Part shown: in pieces, positions 51,290 through 63,329 of the stretch
How the letters are laid out: each line of letters begins with the position of its first letter
How positions within the stretch are numbered: the first letter of the stretch is position 1
Assembly (NCBI RefSeq): GCF_006345805.1
Contig: NC_042999.1
Span: forward strand, 110,174,001 to 110,238,000
Length of the DNA stretch: 64,000 bases
Direction of reading: 5' to 3'
Source of the DNA: Octopus sinensis
Lineage: Eukaryota
Position numbers and translations under genes: made by a program
The notes under the pieces: model-generated
Told to the model about the DNA's origin: nothing
The model's database searches: none
The model's input: only the letters and a program-made list of their open reading frames with translations

Positions 51290-52069
51290 TGTTTGTCTCT
51301 CTCTCTCTCACTTTTACTTGATCTGTCCCCTTCTCTCTCTTTTCTCTCTACTCATCCTCTTTTTCTCTTCTCTTTCCTCTGATTCTTTGGTCTACTCTTC
51401 CCCTACCCTTCCATTTCTTTGTCTCGCTTTGCACTCACAGGTCAATCTTCGACACCCATCCCTTCTCCCCTCTGATTCCTTCTTTCTCTCTCTTCTCTCC
51501 CCTTGTTGCGTTTGTCCCTCCTTTCTCTCTCTCTTCCTTCCTTTGCTTCTCTTTCTTTTCTTTTCTCTCTTCTCTGTCACGTGACCGCTGGCCGAAATCT
51601 GTCTCTCAGCTTCCGACTAGCGACGTGTTAACATCGTTGTTTTTCGTCCGCCGCCAAGGCATCGCCGATAAGGCTCCTTTCCAAAATGCGCCAGAGAAAA
51701 TTTGTTTGCTTGTTATCAGTCGTAAGACACTTGTTGTTTTCACCGTTAATGCTTCTGTATTTCATGTTTCTGTATTCCATTATTGTTTTTTGCCTTTTAT
51801 ATTCGTCCTTTTTGCTGTCCCGGTGTTCGTATGCATTCGATCCTTCTTCCAGGAAATCTACGCTCCCAGCTTAGTTTTTCTAATGCTCGTTGCTTAGTTT
51901 TTCTTGGAGGGCTGGCCGGATCTAGTAATCTCAAGATTAATCGGCCGAAATTACTACGATGATCCGGTTTTTGACTGAAGACTGAGGGTTTCGAATGTCC
52001 TGTCCGTGTTTATTGTATCGTCTTCTAAGAGTTATACGTTCTTGTCCATGTTGTATTTTTCTACATACC

Positions 52070-52103
<34 letters not shown>

Positions 52104-52338
52104 CTATATATATATATATATATACGAAGGGGTTCTTTTACTTCCGTCTATAAAATCCTCTCACAGCAATTTTAGTTGGAACCACAAAATCTTTAGTTAT
52201 GTGGAGCTGAGTCAGACTGTTGTTAAATGAAAAATAACGTGGGTTGAAACAGAAATGAAGTCCTCTGCATGCAAAAAACATACATACATATAAGAGAACA
52301 AAGTGTAACGTATGCCGCTATACATATATGTATATATA

Positions 52339-52401
<63 letters not shown>

Positions 52402-53030
52402 CTATATATATATATATTATATATATATATAAAACGGACGCTAAACGATGATGATGATGATGGTGATGATGATATATATATATATATGAAATACAAAATG
52501 GGACGAGAATGCAAAGAAAACAAGGACGGGTCATTTGAAGTTTTCTACCTTCAGTCAAGAACCAGATTATCGTCGCAATTATTCTTGAGATTGCTCCAAT
52601 CTGGCCAGCCCCAAAGAAAAACTAAGCTAAGCGCATTAGATTCCCTGGAAGAAATCATCGAATGTATACAAAAACAAGGACGGAAAAAACAGACAATGTT
52701 ACACAAATATAAATACAATAAAAATAATAACAGGTGTCTTTCGACTAAGGACGAATTGAATTGAGCTGGCGCGTGTGGAAATGAAGCCTTACGGCAGAGA
52801 TACAAAAGTTTCACAAACACAGGGAAGAATATCGATGTTGCATGGACCACGATCAGACCCAGAAAGAAAGGGCGAGCAGTCTGGCCGATCGGTCACGTAG
52901 GAAGAGAAGAGAAAGAAGTAGAAGCAGAGAACAAAAGAATTAAGGAGGGGCAAGAAAAAATGACAGGGACACAGTGAAGTGAAAAGTGGAGGGAAAGCGA
53001 GTAGGAAGAGAAGCCAAAGAAATGTGAGAG
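51290..53030. mobile_element. Two diverged copies of one repeat family in inverted orientation (~51570-52070 and ~52490-52910) separated by (TA)n
   Basis: CTTCAGTCAA.AACC.GAT..CTTGAGATT.CT..ATC.GGCCAGCCC..AAGAAAAACTAAGC and GGTCACGT shared in opposite orientation; each copy adjoins a CT/AG-rich tract. Confidence 0.7.
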
Positions 53031-53550
53031 AGATACATACATGTATGCACGTATTTTTGTATGCAAAGGCCTTTTCAGTTTCACTCTAACAAATTCTTTC
53101 ACATGGTTTTAATTAAACTTGAGAGCTATAGTTGAAGACACTTTCTCAAAATGCCCATATTGTGGGACTGAACCCAAAACCACGTGGTTACAACACAGAT
53201 TAACCGCACAGTTGTATCCATTCCCGTATCACAAATATCAAAGAAACATCAAACTCCTACACATGACAACAATCACTTGAAAACATACAATAAAAACACT
53301 GCGTAATAGTAATCATATCTACAATACCAGATTGGTGTGCAACAAACAACTTATTCTTGTTATTCAATACAGTGGAATCAACAACTTTAGTTTTCACACC
53401 AGGATTTGCATAGTAATGAAAGCAATTCACACCTTACGTAAACAATATAGTGATGCCTAAGAATACCCAGAACGGCTGGCATTCATATCTCACATAAAAA
53501 CAAACGTAAACCAACCCACACATAAAGTATTAAAAATACTGAATCAAGAG

Positions 53551-53594
<44 letters not shown>

Positions 53595-53596
<2 letters not shown>

Positions 53597-53797
53597 CCTT
53601 TCTACTCTGAAATTTTGGGGAAGGGGACTAGTCGATTATATTGACCCCAGTGTTTCACTAGTACTTAGTTTATCGACTCCGAAAGGATGAAAGGCAAAGT
53701 CGACCTCAGCAGAATTTGAACTCAGAACGCAGCGACGGGCGAAATACCGCTAAGCATTTCGTCCAGCATACTAACGATTCTACCAGCTTGCCGCCTT
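53595..53797 (-). mobile_element. SINE family B between (TAA)n tracts
   Basis: GAAAGGATGAAAGGCAAAGTCGACCTCAGCAGAATTTGAACTCAG..CCGCCTT. Confidence 0.9.
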
Positions 53798-53816
53798 AAT
53801 ATTAATAATAATGATG

Positions 53817-53847
<31 letters not shown>

Positions 53848-53860
53848 TGATGATGATGAT

Positions 53861-54332
53861 GATAGAGTAGGGCAGTGTTTACATTGGAAAATATGTTAAC
53901 ACTACAAAATCGGCGCTCCTGCTTACTGGTATGAACATCAGCCTGAGCCAGTCGTTGAAGGTAAAAATGTCATTATCCTCTGGAATTTTCCAGCCAAAAC
54001 CGACAGAATGATCCAGGCTAATCGACCAGATATGATTAATAAAGACAGCAAAGAAAATACTTGTAGATTAACAGATGTAAGTGTTCCCACTGGTAAAAGT
54101 ACATCTGTAAAGGAATTGACAAATTAATATAAGGAACTGGAAATTGAAATACAAAAGATGTAGCATCTTAAAGCAAGATCTGTTCCCGTTATTGTAAGCG
54201 TCCTAGGTATAATAAAAAAGGGATGTCAGAAACATCTAGATAACATCCCAGGAGAGCCATGTCTCAGAGAAATTCAAAAGATTGTGCTGATATGTACTGC
54301 CCACACCCTTAGGAAAAACCTTATCACTTTAA
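53861..54332 (+). mobile_element. R4/Dong-type LINE endonuclease remnant
   Basis: DRVGQCLHWKIC*HYKI..WYEHQPEPVVEGKNVIILWNF..TDRMIQANRPD..DVSVP..YKELEIEIQKM..VPVIVSVLG..EIQKIVL. Confidence 0.9.
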
Positions 54333-54579
54333 ATGTCCGTGTTGTATTACATGAGAATATTTTGCTACTGCCCCTGCTACTTCGCGTCCCAAAGCTTTCA
54401 GTCATACTGTAACATCACTTATCATCTCCAAACACTATCCAACTATCATAAAAGTGGTATGCAAGATGAACCAATTCTGAATATTATTTTTCTTATATAC
54501 CCAGGCCTATTCCTCATGTTTTTTTAGGGGGGGATAGCCACAACAAGACACACACCAGGCATTCCATTCATTTCTCAGC

Positions 54580-54840
54580 TCTTGGATATGACTTTTATAA
54601 ACTACATCCGGTAGTGGGACCCTGGGTCTCTGGCTTCAGGGTTTGAGGAGTGTGGAACCACCTCTTAGTCACTATTGTTCCCAGGTCTACTCTGGCCCAG
54701 AGTTGTAGCACATGTAAGGGTCCTAGCTATGGGTTAACTAGCAAACCCCACTGGGACTAGGTGTGTGTGTGGGGGGGGGGGTAGAATGTAGTCGCCGTAT
54801 TTCCTGCGTGGCGTAAGAGGCGACTAAAAGGGGCGGGAGC
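54580..54840 (+). mobile_element. RTE-type 5'-region repeat containing a candidate structured RNA
   Basis: GGATATGAC..CCCAGGTCTACTCTGGCCCAGAGTTGTAGCAC..AGGGTCC..CTATGGGT..CCTGCGTGGCGTAAGAGGCGACTAAAAGGGG resembles RTE 5' UTR-derived repeats (from recall). Confidence 0.55.
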
Positions 54841-55339
54841 GAAGGGACTGGGAATCCACTCCTGGTAATTTCATATTCCTAAAAAGACAACATGAACCAA
54901 TTTTGAATATACGAAACCAAAAATAAAAAGATAGGATGGTCACGACCAGAAAGGCTCGTCAAACGATAAAATGTTAACATCAAGAAATATTCCTCTTAGT
55001 ACATCCTAAAGCTGCCAGAGAACGACTAAAGCTAGCAATGACTCTGCACAAAGTAAGCTTCAAAATACAAAGACATCTTAAAAAGCCTATGAAATATTTA
55101 CACTAACGCTTCCACACAACACGATTTACAAATACTCCAGAAAAATAATTGACTTTACAAGGGAAAAAAATTATCGTCAACAGCAACGAAACAGGAAATA
55201 ATTACCTTCCTTATCTCTCACGTCTTACAAAAGCATAGGTTTGCATCGAATTTATCAAAAAATAAGCTGTAAAGATAGTATAAAAATGCTTAATTCTGCT
55301 GTATAACATTACTGTATTTTCCAGCATACTAGTCGACAT

Positions 55340-55676
55340 TGTGTGAAGGCACGTGGCTTAGTGGTTAGGGCATTCAGCACACGATCGTAAGGTCGTGAGT
55401 TCGATTCCTGGCGACGCGTTGTGTCCTTAAGCAAGATACTTTATTTCACGTTGCTCCAGTCCACTCAGCTGGCAAAAATGAGTTGTACTTGTATTTCAAA
55501 GGGCCGGCCTTGTCACACTCTGTGTCGCGCTGAATCTCCCTGAGAACTACGTTAGGGGTACACGTGTCTGTGGATTGCTCAGTCACATGCATGTTAATTT
55601 CACGAGCAGGCCGTTCCGTTGATCGTATCAGCTGGGACCCTCGTCGTCGTAACCGACGGAGTGCTCCTATTTTGAG
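55340..55676 (+). mobile_element. SINE family G with 9-bp TSD AGTCGACAT
   Basis: AGTCGACAT at 55331-55339 and again immediately after the element. Confidence 0.9.
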
Positions 55677-56309
55677 TCGACATAGCATATAGTGTAAATA
55701 TTCAAACATAGTCTCGATCTCTCCAAATTCTGTTGCATTTCACATGGAAATTTTGGTGCTCCAAACTCGTCTTTGTGTTTAAGTCGACCTACCATTTTTT
55801 AAGCTGTAAGTTCGGGGCTGAAAAATTCGACTTGTATGCCGGAAAATTCAGTGATTGCATTAAAAACATCATTTGGAGCTAAAATAGTTTATAATCAAGC
55901 TCTACATTCACATAGTATTAATTCGAGAAATATTCTTAATACCTGGCTACAGAACTGCCAGCGTTCTAAATTAGATGAGGGAGTATCTCACGCAATGACA
56001 GAAGTCTTGTTAGATATGCAAAATGTGCATTTAATATACAGATAATGTCGTTTACAAAAATTATTGGGAAATGACACTATAATTGAAAGTGAAGCTTTAA
56101 AAATATAAAGAAAGACAAGCACAAAACACGTTGCGAAAATAAACATATTTTTTATGTACCAGCACCGATCTCGTTGACCATCTCTCAAAGTTAGACATCA
56201 CATTTACGAAACTTTGACACTCGAAATCACCATCACTGGAGGAGACTGTCAATACGCTCAACGCCTGATGAAATGCAGCTAAGAATCCTACCTGGCGTGC
56301 TAACAATTC

Positions 56310-56711
56310 GTATTCCTTTATTGCCCACAAGGGGCCAAACATAGAGGGGACAAACAAGGACAGACAAACGGATTAAGTCGATTACATCGACTCCAGTGAG
56401 TAACTGGTACTTAATTTATCGACCCCGAAAGGATGAAAGGCAAAGTCGACCTTGGCGGAATTTGAACTCAGAACGCAGCGGCGGACGTAATACCTATTTC
56501 TTTATTACCCACAAGGGGCTAAACATAGAGGGGACAAACAAGGACAGACATATATTGACCCCAGTGCGTAACTGGTACTTAATTTATCGACCCCGAAAGG
56601 ATGAAAGGCAAAGTCGACCTCGGCGGAATTTGAACTCACAACGTAACGGCAGACGAAATACCGCCAAGCATTTCGCCCGGCGCGCTAACGTTTCTGCCAG
56701 CTCGCCGCCTT
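56310..56711 (-). mobile_element. Young SINE family B with a tandem partial duplication
   Basis: Two consecutive TTTATT.CCCACAAGGGGC..AACTGGTACTTAATTTATCGACCCCGAAAGG..GAACTCA units; CpGs retained. Confidence 0.9.
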
Positions 56712-57489
56712 GAAATGAAATCGAATAAAGGCAAGACAATTTTTGTTGCAGAAACAAAGGTTTCACGCTGTGTTGTAAATCCATCAGCAAGTGAAGAATA
56801 TGTATTCGAACGAGTAGTTCTATATTTCCGATTAACTGGGAGAGAAATGCTTTCCAGTAAGTTTCGTAATGGTTGTCCTATAAGCATCAAACATGAAATT
56901 GATGTACGCACATTGTACAAACGGGATGGGGACAGAATACAAATATTTCTTATCACATATCTCTCTCACTTTTTCTTTCTTTTTGTTTTACGAAGAGAAC
57001 ACAGGAATACATTTAATATACCATTCGCATTCCTTTCTTCGCTGACGAATGTACAATGATTCACGAAACCTGTAGGTCCGAGGTGGAAAAGAAAATGCAA
57101 TAATATATTAATAGTAAAAATAATACGCTAATATAACATGTATTTTGCATGTATATCATTCGTCTACTTTCTTTTACTTGTTTCAATTATTAGACTATGG
57201 CCATGCTGGGGCACCACCATGAAGAATTCCAGTCGAATGAATCGACCTCAGTACATTTTTGTATATTTTTATGTTTACATTTATCTTAAATTTTATTGTA
57301 ATATGATCTACTAATACAAAGCACTTTGTGTGTATATTGAGAAATATTTGTATTAAGCTACCATAGCAGAATATTGGTTATGTATAAAACTGATTATATG
57401 ATGTTTTCTATACATATATAGTGCTATACGTGCATATACAACGGGGTTGAATATATATTTATTAAACATAGAAAAGTGAACTTATTCAC

Positions 57490-57828
57490 CATACATACAT
57501 AAATATATACATACATACATACATACATACATACATAATACATACATACATACATACATAAATACATACATACATACATACATACATACATACATACATA
57601 CATACAAGCATTCATACAAGCATACATACATACATACATACAAGCATTCATACAATACATACATACATACATACATACATACATACATACATACATACAT
57701 ACACACATACATAAATACATACATACATACATACATACATACATACATACAAGCATACATACATACATACATACATACATACATACATACATACATACAT
57801 ACATACGTACAAATATATATACATACAT
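57490..57828. repeat. (ATAC)n tetranucleotide microsatellite
   Basis: Direct reading. Confidence 0.97.
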
Positions 57829-58027
57829 ATTGTTGAAGGCACGAAATTGCGTTTGACCCTCTGGCTGATAACTGATGAGTATTTGGTGACCTGTGTCTGT
57901 TTCCCTGTTCGTTTGTGCGTTTGTGTGTGTTTGTTGTAGGGTGGGCGTGTGCGAGCGCATCCATGCACATGCTCGTACTATTACAGATATACACGCAAAA
58001 CTATATATATATACTCACACACACACG

Positions 58028-58058
<31 letters not shown>

Positions 58059-58440
58059 ACATATACGTACATATATGTGTGTGTATGCGCGAGAAAAGAG
58101 AGATGGGGGAAGAAACAGAAATGTGATATCATTATACACGTTCAAGAACATAGTCTGCACAATTGATATCACAGACACACATGCACATATATGATATATA
58201 TGAATGCATAAACACACACACGCGCGTGCGCGTGAGCACACACACACACGCACACACACACACATACACGCACATGAGCACACATACTCACATACACGGT
58301 TATTTAAGAAATTTGCATGTAGGCCCGAAGACAGAAATAAAAGAACAGATCACATCGCGCGAGTCAACCGCACAGCTGTCGTTTGCTATGTATGTATAAA
58401 ATATAAACATTTTAGACAATATTTTTACCTTCTTAATCCC

Positions 58441-58479
<39 letters not shown>

Positions 58480-58500
58480 CCTCTCTATCTCTCTATCTAC

Positions 58501-58567
<67 letters not shown>

Positions 58568-58588
58568 CCTCTCTATCTCTCTATCTAC

Positions 58589-58666
<78 letters not shown>

Positions 58667-58820
58667 ATCTATCTATTTATCTCTCTATCTTTCTATCTAT
58701 CTATTTATCTCTCTCTCTCTATCTATTTCTTTGTGTGTCTCTTCTTTTTCTTCTTCATCTTCTTCTTCTTCTTCTTCTTCTTCTTCTTCTTCTTCTTCTT
58801 CTTCTTCTTCTTCTTCTCTG
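58441..58820. repeat. (CTAT)n then (CTT)n microsatellite
   Basis: Direct reading. Confidence 0.97.
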
Positions 58821-59579
58821 TCTAGCTCTCCGCGTATATGTATATGTGTGTGTGTGTGTGTACATACATCTACATTTTTATGTATGTATTCATTCACACA
58901 TAGAGAGAGAAGGAGATAGATAGATTACTCCACACACATTCATTGATAAATACACACGAAAATGCAAAATGAATTGATTTCCTTCTTAAACCCTTTTATT
59001 CTGTCACTAGCACCATTATTGTCATTGAATGTTGTTGCATTGTTGGTCTTCGCCAATAATGTGTGTGGAAAACTGATGCAACATAGTGTCTACTAATAGC
59101 ATTACACTGGGTCATTTCCTTACCCTGCAGACTTTTTAATTCTTTCACACCAACTTCGAAAACTCAAGATGGACTCTATTAATACCTTGGAAGACATCTG
59201 AATGGCTTATAACCACACGAATTAAAATCCCCTAATAAACATATGCAATTTGTAAAAGCCAAAGTGTTATCCAAGTCCCTTCCTCCATTACGACTATATC
59301 GTATTTAAGGTTATTTTAAAACTACATCCTCGTCTTTCTACGTTGCAGTTACAATATCGCTTTAAGTCATTTTAATTTACTAACATTTTAATCATTTGCT
59401 TAACTCAGAAGACTTGTACTTTTCTATCACCTCCTTAACCATTTGTTTAAGAATATCTGAGATCGCTTAAGTAGTTTTCATTGTAAAGAGATGGGATGAA
59501 GTTTTAGAGTTCTGAGTTCAAATTCCAGTCAATATTTAATCATCTAGGAGTTCACTGGGATAGAGATAAATAAGAGTAA

Positions 59580-59747
59580 TAAGTTCTTTCTACTATAGTC
59601 ACAAAGCCTGAATTTTGTGGGTAGGAGACTAGTCGATTACTTCGAACCCAGTGTTCGAAAGGTACTTACTTTATCGACCCTAAAAAGGTGAAATACCACT
59701 AAGCATTTCGCCCGGTGAGCTAACGATCCTGCCAGCTCACTGCCTTA
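59580..59747 (-). mobile_element. SINE family B (internally deleted)
   Basis: GACTAGTCGATTAC..GGTACTTACTTTATCGACCC..CTGCCAGCTCACTGCCTT. Confidence 0.85.
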
Positions 59748-59780
59748 ATAATAATAATAATGATAATTATAATTATAATG

Positions 59781-59831
<51 letters not shown>

Positions 59832-60002
59832 TAATCTTGAGAAGCACATGGAACAAATAGGGATAACAAGGCTGCAATAAGGGTGGGGCACTTGCAGAAA
59901 ACAGCACTGCTTGGAACCGCGCGAATACTCCGAAAAAACTGGTAGTGAACAGCTGACACCGTAGTACATCTCCGGCGTTAGAAGCTGTGCAAAGATAGTC
60001 AA
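59832..60002 (+). mobile_element. R4/Dong-type LINE extreme 3' end inserted within (TAA)n
   Basis: LEKHMEQIG..HLQKTALLGTARILRK; (TAA)n on both sides. Confidence 0.85.
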
Positions 60003-60020
60003 ATAATAATAATAATAATG

Positions 60021-60062
<42 letters not shown>

Positions 60063-60593
60063 GGCTCTCATGGCTTCTGATCTTAACTGATTGGAAATGT
60101 TATCATGTACATTGTTTTGTCTTGGTATAAAAGATGGGCTACAGCAAACATTTTGCTCACTACCACAGATTTGCTTGTCAGTTGTTTGACCATAACCAGT
60201 TGAGCATGTCCCTTAGTGGCTGACGATATGTGCATCTCTGATCACGAGCAGAAGTAGTGGGGGAGCATCATAGCCATGTGTTGAGAAGGATTCTTTGGGG
60301 TTTGAATAATTCACCTCTGGAAACATGGGTGTTTCGTTCAACGTCCTTAAACAACCCTTATTCAGGGACCTTTTGAGCAGGATGGGTTACTCGATCTGAA
60401 GAAAATTCTAACTGGGCTCCACCTGCAAGGTCATGTGCTGTTTATCTTGATATGAGATCACCATGTCGCGCACATATGGTTGTGATGCATGTGCCTGGTG
60501 TACCCTTATCAGACGGGTAGTCATGATGGGTATACTGGGCTTCGTATATTTTACCCCAGTGTCACTTTGATGGCATGCTCTGCTCGCTCACTC

Positions 60594-60594
<1 letters not shown>
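60063..60594 (+). mobile_element. Interspersed repeat family H between (TAA)n tracts (unclassified non-coding retroposon)
   Basis: Bounded by (TAA)n on both sides; partial inverted copy at 23820-23955. Confidence 0.7.
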
Positions 60595-60637
<43 letters not shown>

Positions 60638-60654
60638 TTATGATGATGATGATT

Positions 60655-60825
60655 TCAAATTTTGCCACAAACGCAGCAACTTTGTGGGAGAGGATGAGTC
60701 GATTACATCGATCCCAGTGTTCAACTGGTACTTATTTTATCGATCCTGAAAGGATGAAAGATAAAGTCAACCTCGGCGGAATTTGAACTCAGAACTGGGT
60801 GAAATACCACAAAGCATTTCTGGCG
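60655..60825 (-). mobile_element. SINE family B
   Basis: CAGTGTTCAACTGGTACTTATTTTATCGATCC..CTCGGCGGAATTTGAACTCAG. Confidence 0.85.
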
Positions 60826-61090
60826 ATATCGCGAAAGTCTGTGATATGCTTGCACAGAGAGAATATAAAAGCGTCACGATGAAGTGTGCTCAAACTTCCG
60901 CCGGTCTTTATGCAAAAGGTGGGTTCGAAACACTAAGAAATGGTATCAGCAAAAACCCGAAGGGTCCTTGATAATCTGGCTGTGAAACTCTTGTGAGAAT
61001 TAGAGATTGAGTTCTTCAACAGATAAGTCCGGACATAATTTTGGTGGCGAAAAGTACTGTAAGGAAGTGTTTGTTGATTATAGCTTGCCC
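60826..61090 (+). mobile_element. R4/Dong-type LINE remnant
   Basis: CDMLAQREYK.RHDEVC..KWYQQKPEG..PDIILV..KCLLI across frameshifts. Confidence 0.7.
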
Positions 61091-61092
61091 GG

Positions 61093-61178
61093 AGTCTTGG
61101 GGTCAATTTGCTCGACTAAAGGCAGTGCTCCAGCATGGCCACAGTCAAATGACTGAAACAAGTAAAAGTAAAAGAGTA
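61093..61178 (+). mobile_element. SINE family A 3' fragment
   Basis: GGGGTCAATTTGCTCGACTAAAGGC..GAAACAAGTAAAAG. Confidence 0.85.
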
Positions 61179-61923
61179 TGTTCATATACACTTACAAAAA
61201 AAAAAATGTGGAAAGTCTTTCCCCCGCGGCAACGATTTCAAAAGAAAAAAAAAACCCTTATAGGCAGTGTGTGTGAAAGATTATGAACGACATAACTGAA
61301 GAGCAGGACACATGTTTCTGCGTCGTTATTTCTCATCAGCTCAGCTGACATATATACGAATCTGTACATGCGCTACCTCCAAATATTGCCCTTTTACACA
61401 CATTCATGCAAAAATTCCCTGTTGATGTTGAAATTTCAATGAAGGAGCCTTAGATCTAGGTTAGAATTCGGCTCTTTCTCTATTGGTAAGAGAACTTGAA
61501 ATAAAACTGAATAATGATATACATACATACACACATACACACACAGACACGCGCGCGCACACACACTGTTATATTTCAGGATGGTAATTTTTTTTGACGA
61601 ATAAACGCACATACTATATATTCGTTCTTCACTATTCAAGAGAAGATACGTGAGACAGACTTGCTGAAGAGACCACAAGATGTGTGACGAAAGATTTCCA
61701 GACAAAGGATATAAAATAAGAACAATAATAAATCTGAAATGAAGAATGAATAAACAGTGCGTGTGATTATTTGGCAAAAGAAATTATCGTCCCGAAATAT
61801 AATATTATCTGTTTCAACACACGATTTCACATCAGGAATCATGAAAAAAATCATAAAGGTGTGTGTGTGTGTATATACACATATATAAATACACATACAT
61901 ACATACATACATACATACATACA

Positions 61924-61959
<36 letters not shown>

Positions 61960-62129
61960 TCTATATATATATATATGTATATAGATAGATTATGAGAGGT
62001 AATAGTGTCAAGAAGACCCAAAGGTATCAGGTAATGGTGAGTAAGTGCTATAGACAGACTATAGTTAAGTTCAAGGTTCGATGATTATGCGAATGAGGAG
62101 TCGAACGTCGGTCATATATCAGCATGCGT

Positions 62130-62880
62130 ATATATAAGAAATAAACAGAATGAGATAAAAATCCAAGGCTGTGAAAGATTTCAGGACATTTATAAAGAGA
62201 CGGTCTTACAGCTGTTTCCGGGATATTTTACATATCCCTTCATCGGAGACGGTGTGAGAAAATGGTTAAGCAATAGTTATTCTAGAGAAGATATGAAATA
62301 GAAAGTGAAGTGGAGGAATGAAAACAGACGTGAGATATGCTGGGATATTGTAAAAATACACAATAATAACAGGACATTAACAAGGAGGGAAAAATACGTA
62401 AACATCTAACGAAAGTCAAGTACGGGACAAAATACCCTAAGAAGTCTAACTCCTCCTTAGTTGTCGCCTGTTTATTACTCCCTATTTCGAGCTTTCAACG
62501 GCATGATAGGAAAACTTCATAAAACAGCAGCATCCAGAAATTTTCAAAATATAAAATTTGTGGAGAGTTAGGACTTCGAACGAATAAACAGCAACAGAGT
62601 GGACGTACAGAGTAAACAATCGACGAAGACAAACATTAAGTGCCGTTAGGTGAGAGAAATGGCCTGTAATCACGTGTGAGAAAACAGGCAGAGGGGAAGG
62701 GGGACAAGAGAGCGGACGAGGGGAAAGAAATAAAGTGAGTGAGGAGAAGGGAGAAAGAACGAAAGATAGTAAGGAATGGAAGAAAGACAGGGGACAGCAA
62801 AGAACGACGAGGAGAAACGGAAAATAAAAAGGATTATAGAGGGATAGAGAGAAAGAAAGAAGACAGAGTGTGGAGTCGCA
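62130..62880 (-). mobile_element. PLE-like repeat carrying an HHR
   Basis: Purine-rich block and CACGTGA..GGCC motif as in the 51570/52900 copies; HHR at 62203-62250. Confidence 0.5.
62203..62250 (-). ncRNA. Type I hammerhead motif with U4C substitution
   Basis: Minus strand: GTCT-CCGATGA-A-GGGATAT-GTAAA-ATATCCC-G-GAAAC-AGCT-GTA-AGAC. Confidence 0.75.
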
Positions 62881-63158
62881 GATATTATAAATAAATGTAA
62901 GAACTTACTGTGGACAAAGCTGCGTGGCGTTCGATTATAAATAAATAAAAGATAGCATTAAGTAATACACACATATACATACAAATATATATACATACAT
63001 ACATAAATAGATGAGTGTATTTTTCCTTCTTTCTACAGGCTACTTCTGACGTTATATCATATAACCTTTTTTCAAACAATATTAATAGCGTTCAGTAAGC
63101 CACAATATATATCCATCATTTTCTGTTAAAACGTCTTATTGAAGAGTTTCATTTCTTC

Positions 63159-63247
63159 ACTTCCCTGAAGAGAAGATTACATTGGTTAACACCATTTTAT
63201 TCCTTTGGAATAATATCAGTGAAATCTTCGAAACATGTGTCGGAAGT
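63159..63247 (+). ncRNA. Type I hammerhead ribozyme motif, fully canonical core
   Basis: Stem I ACTTCC/GGAAGT; CTGAAGA 63165-63171; stem II GAAGATT/AATCTTC extended by CATTG/CAGTG; GAAAC 63230-63234; loop ATGT (ACATGT palindrome); GTC triplet 63239-63241. Confidence 0.9.
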
Positions 63248-63329
63248 AAAAGTATTTGAATTATACCTGCGTTAAACTCCATTTATTTATTTATACATAC
63301 ACACACACACATACACACATATATATATT

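Noticed and set aside
57838-57885. GAAA..CTGATGA hammerhead-like string
   Set aside because: No stems support it; probably chance.
61290-61345. Hammerhead on the minus strand (CTGATGA..GAAAC-ATGT-GTC)
   Set aside because: Core words are present but stem II cannot form; at best a decayed remnant.
61661-61701. Hammerhead CTGAAGA-GACCACA..TGTGTGAC-GAAA
   Set aside because: Stem II is mismatched at its base and stem I is only 3 bp; too weak to call.
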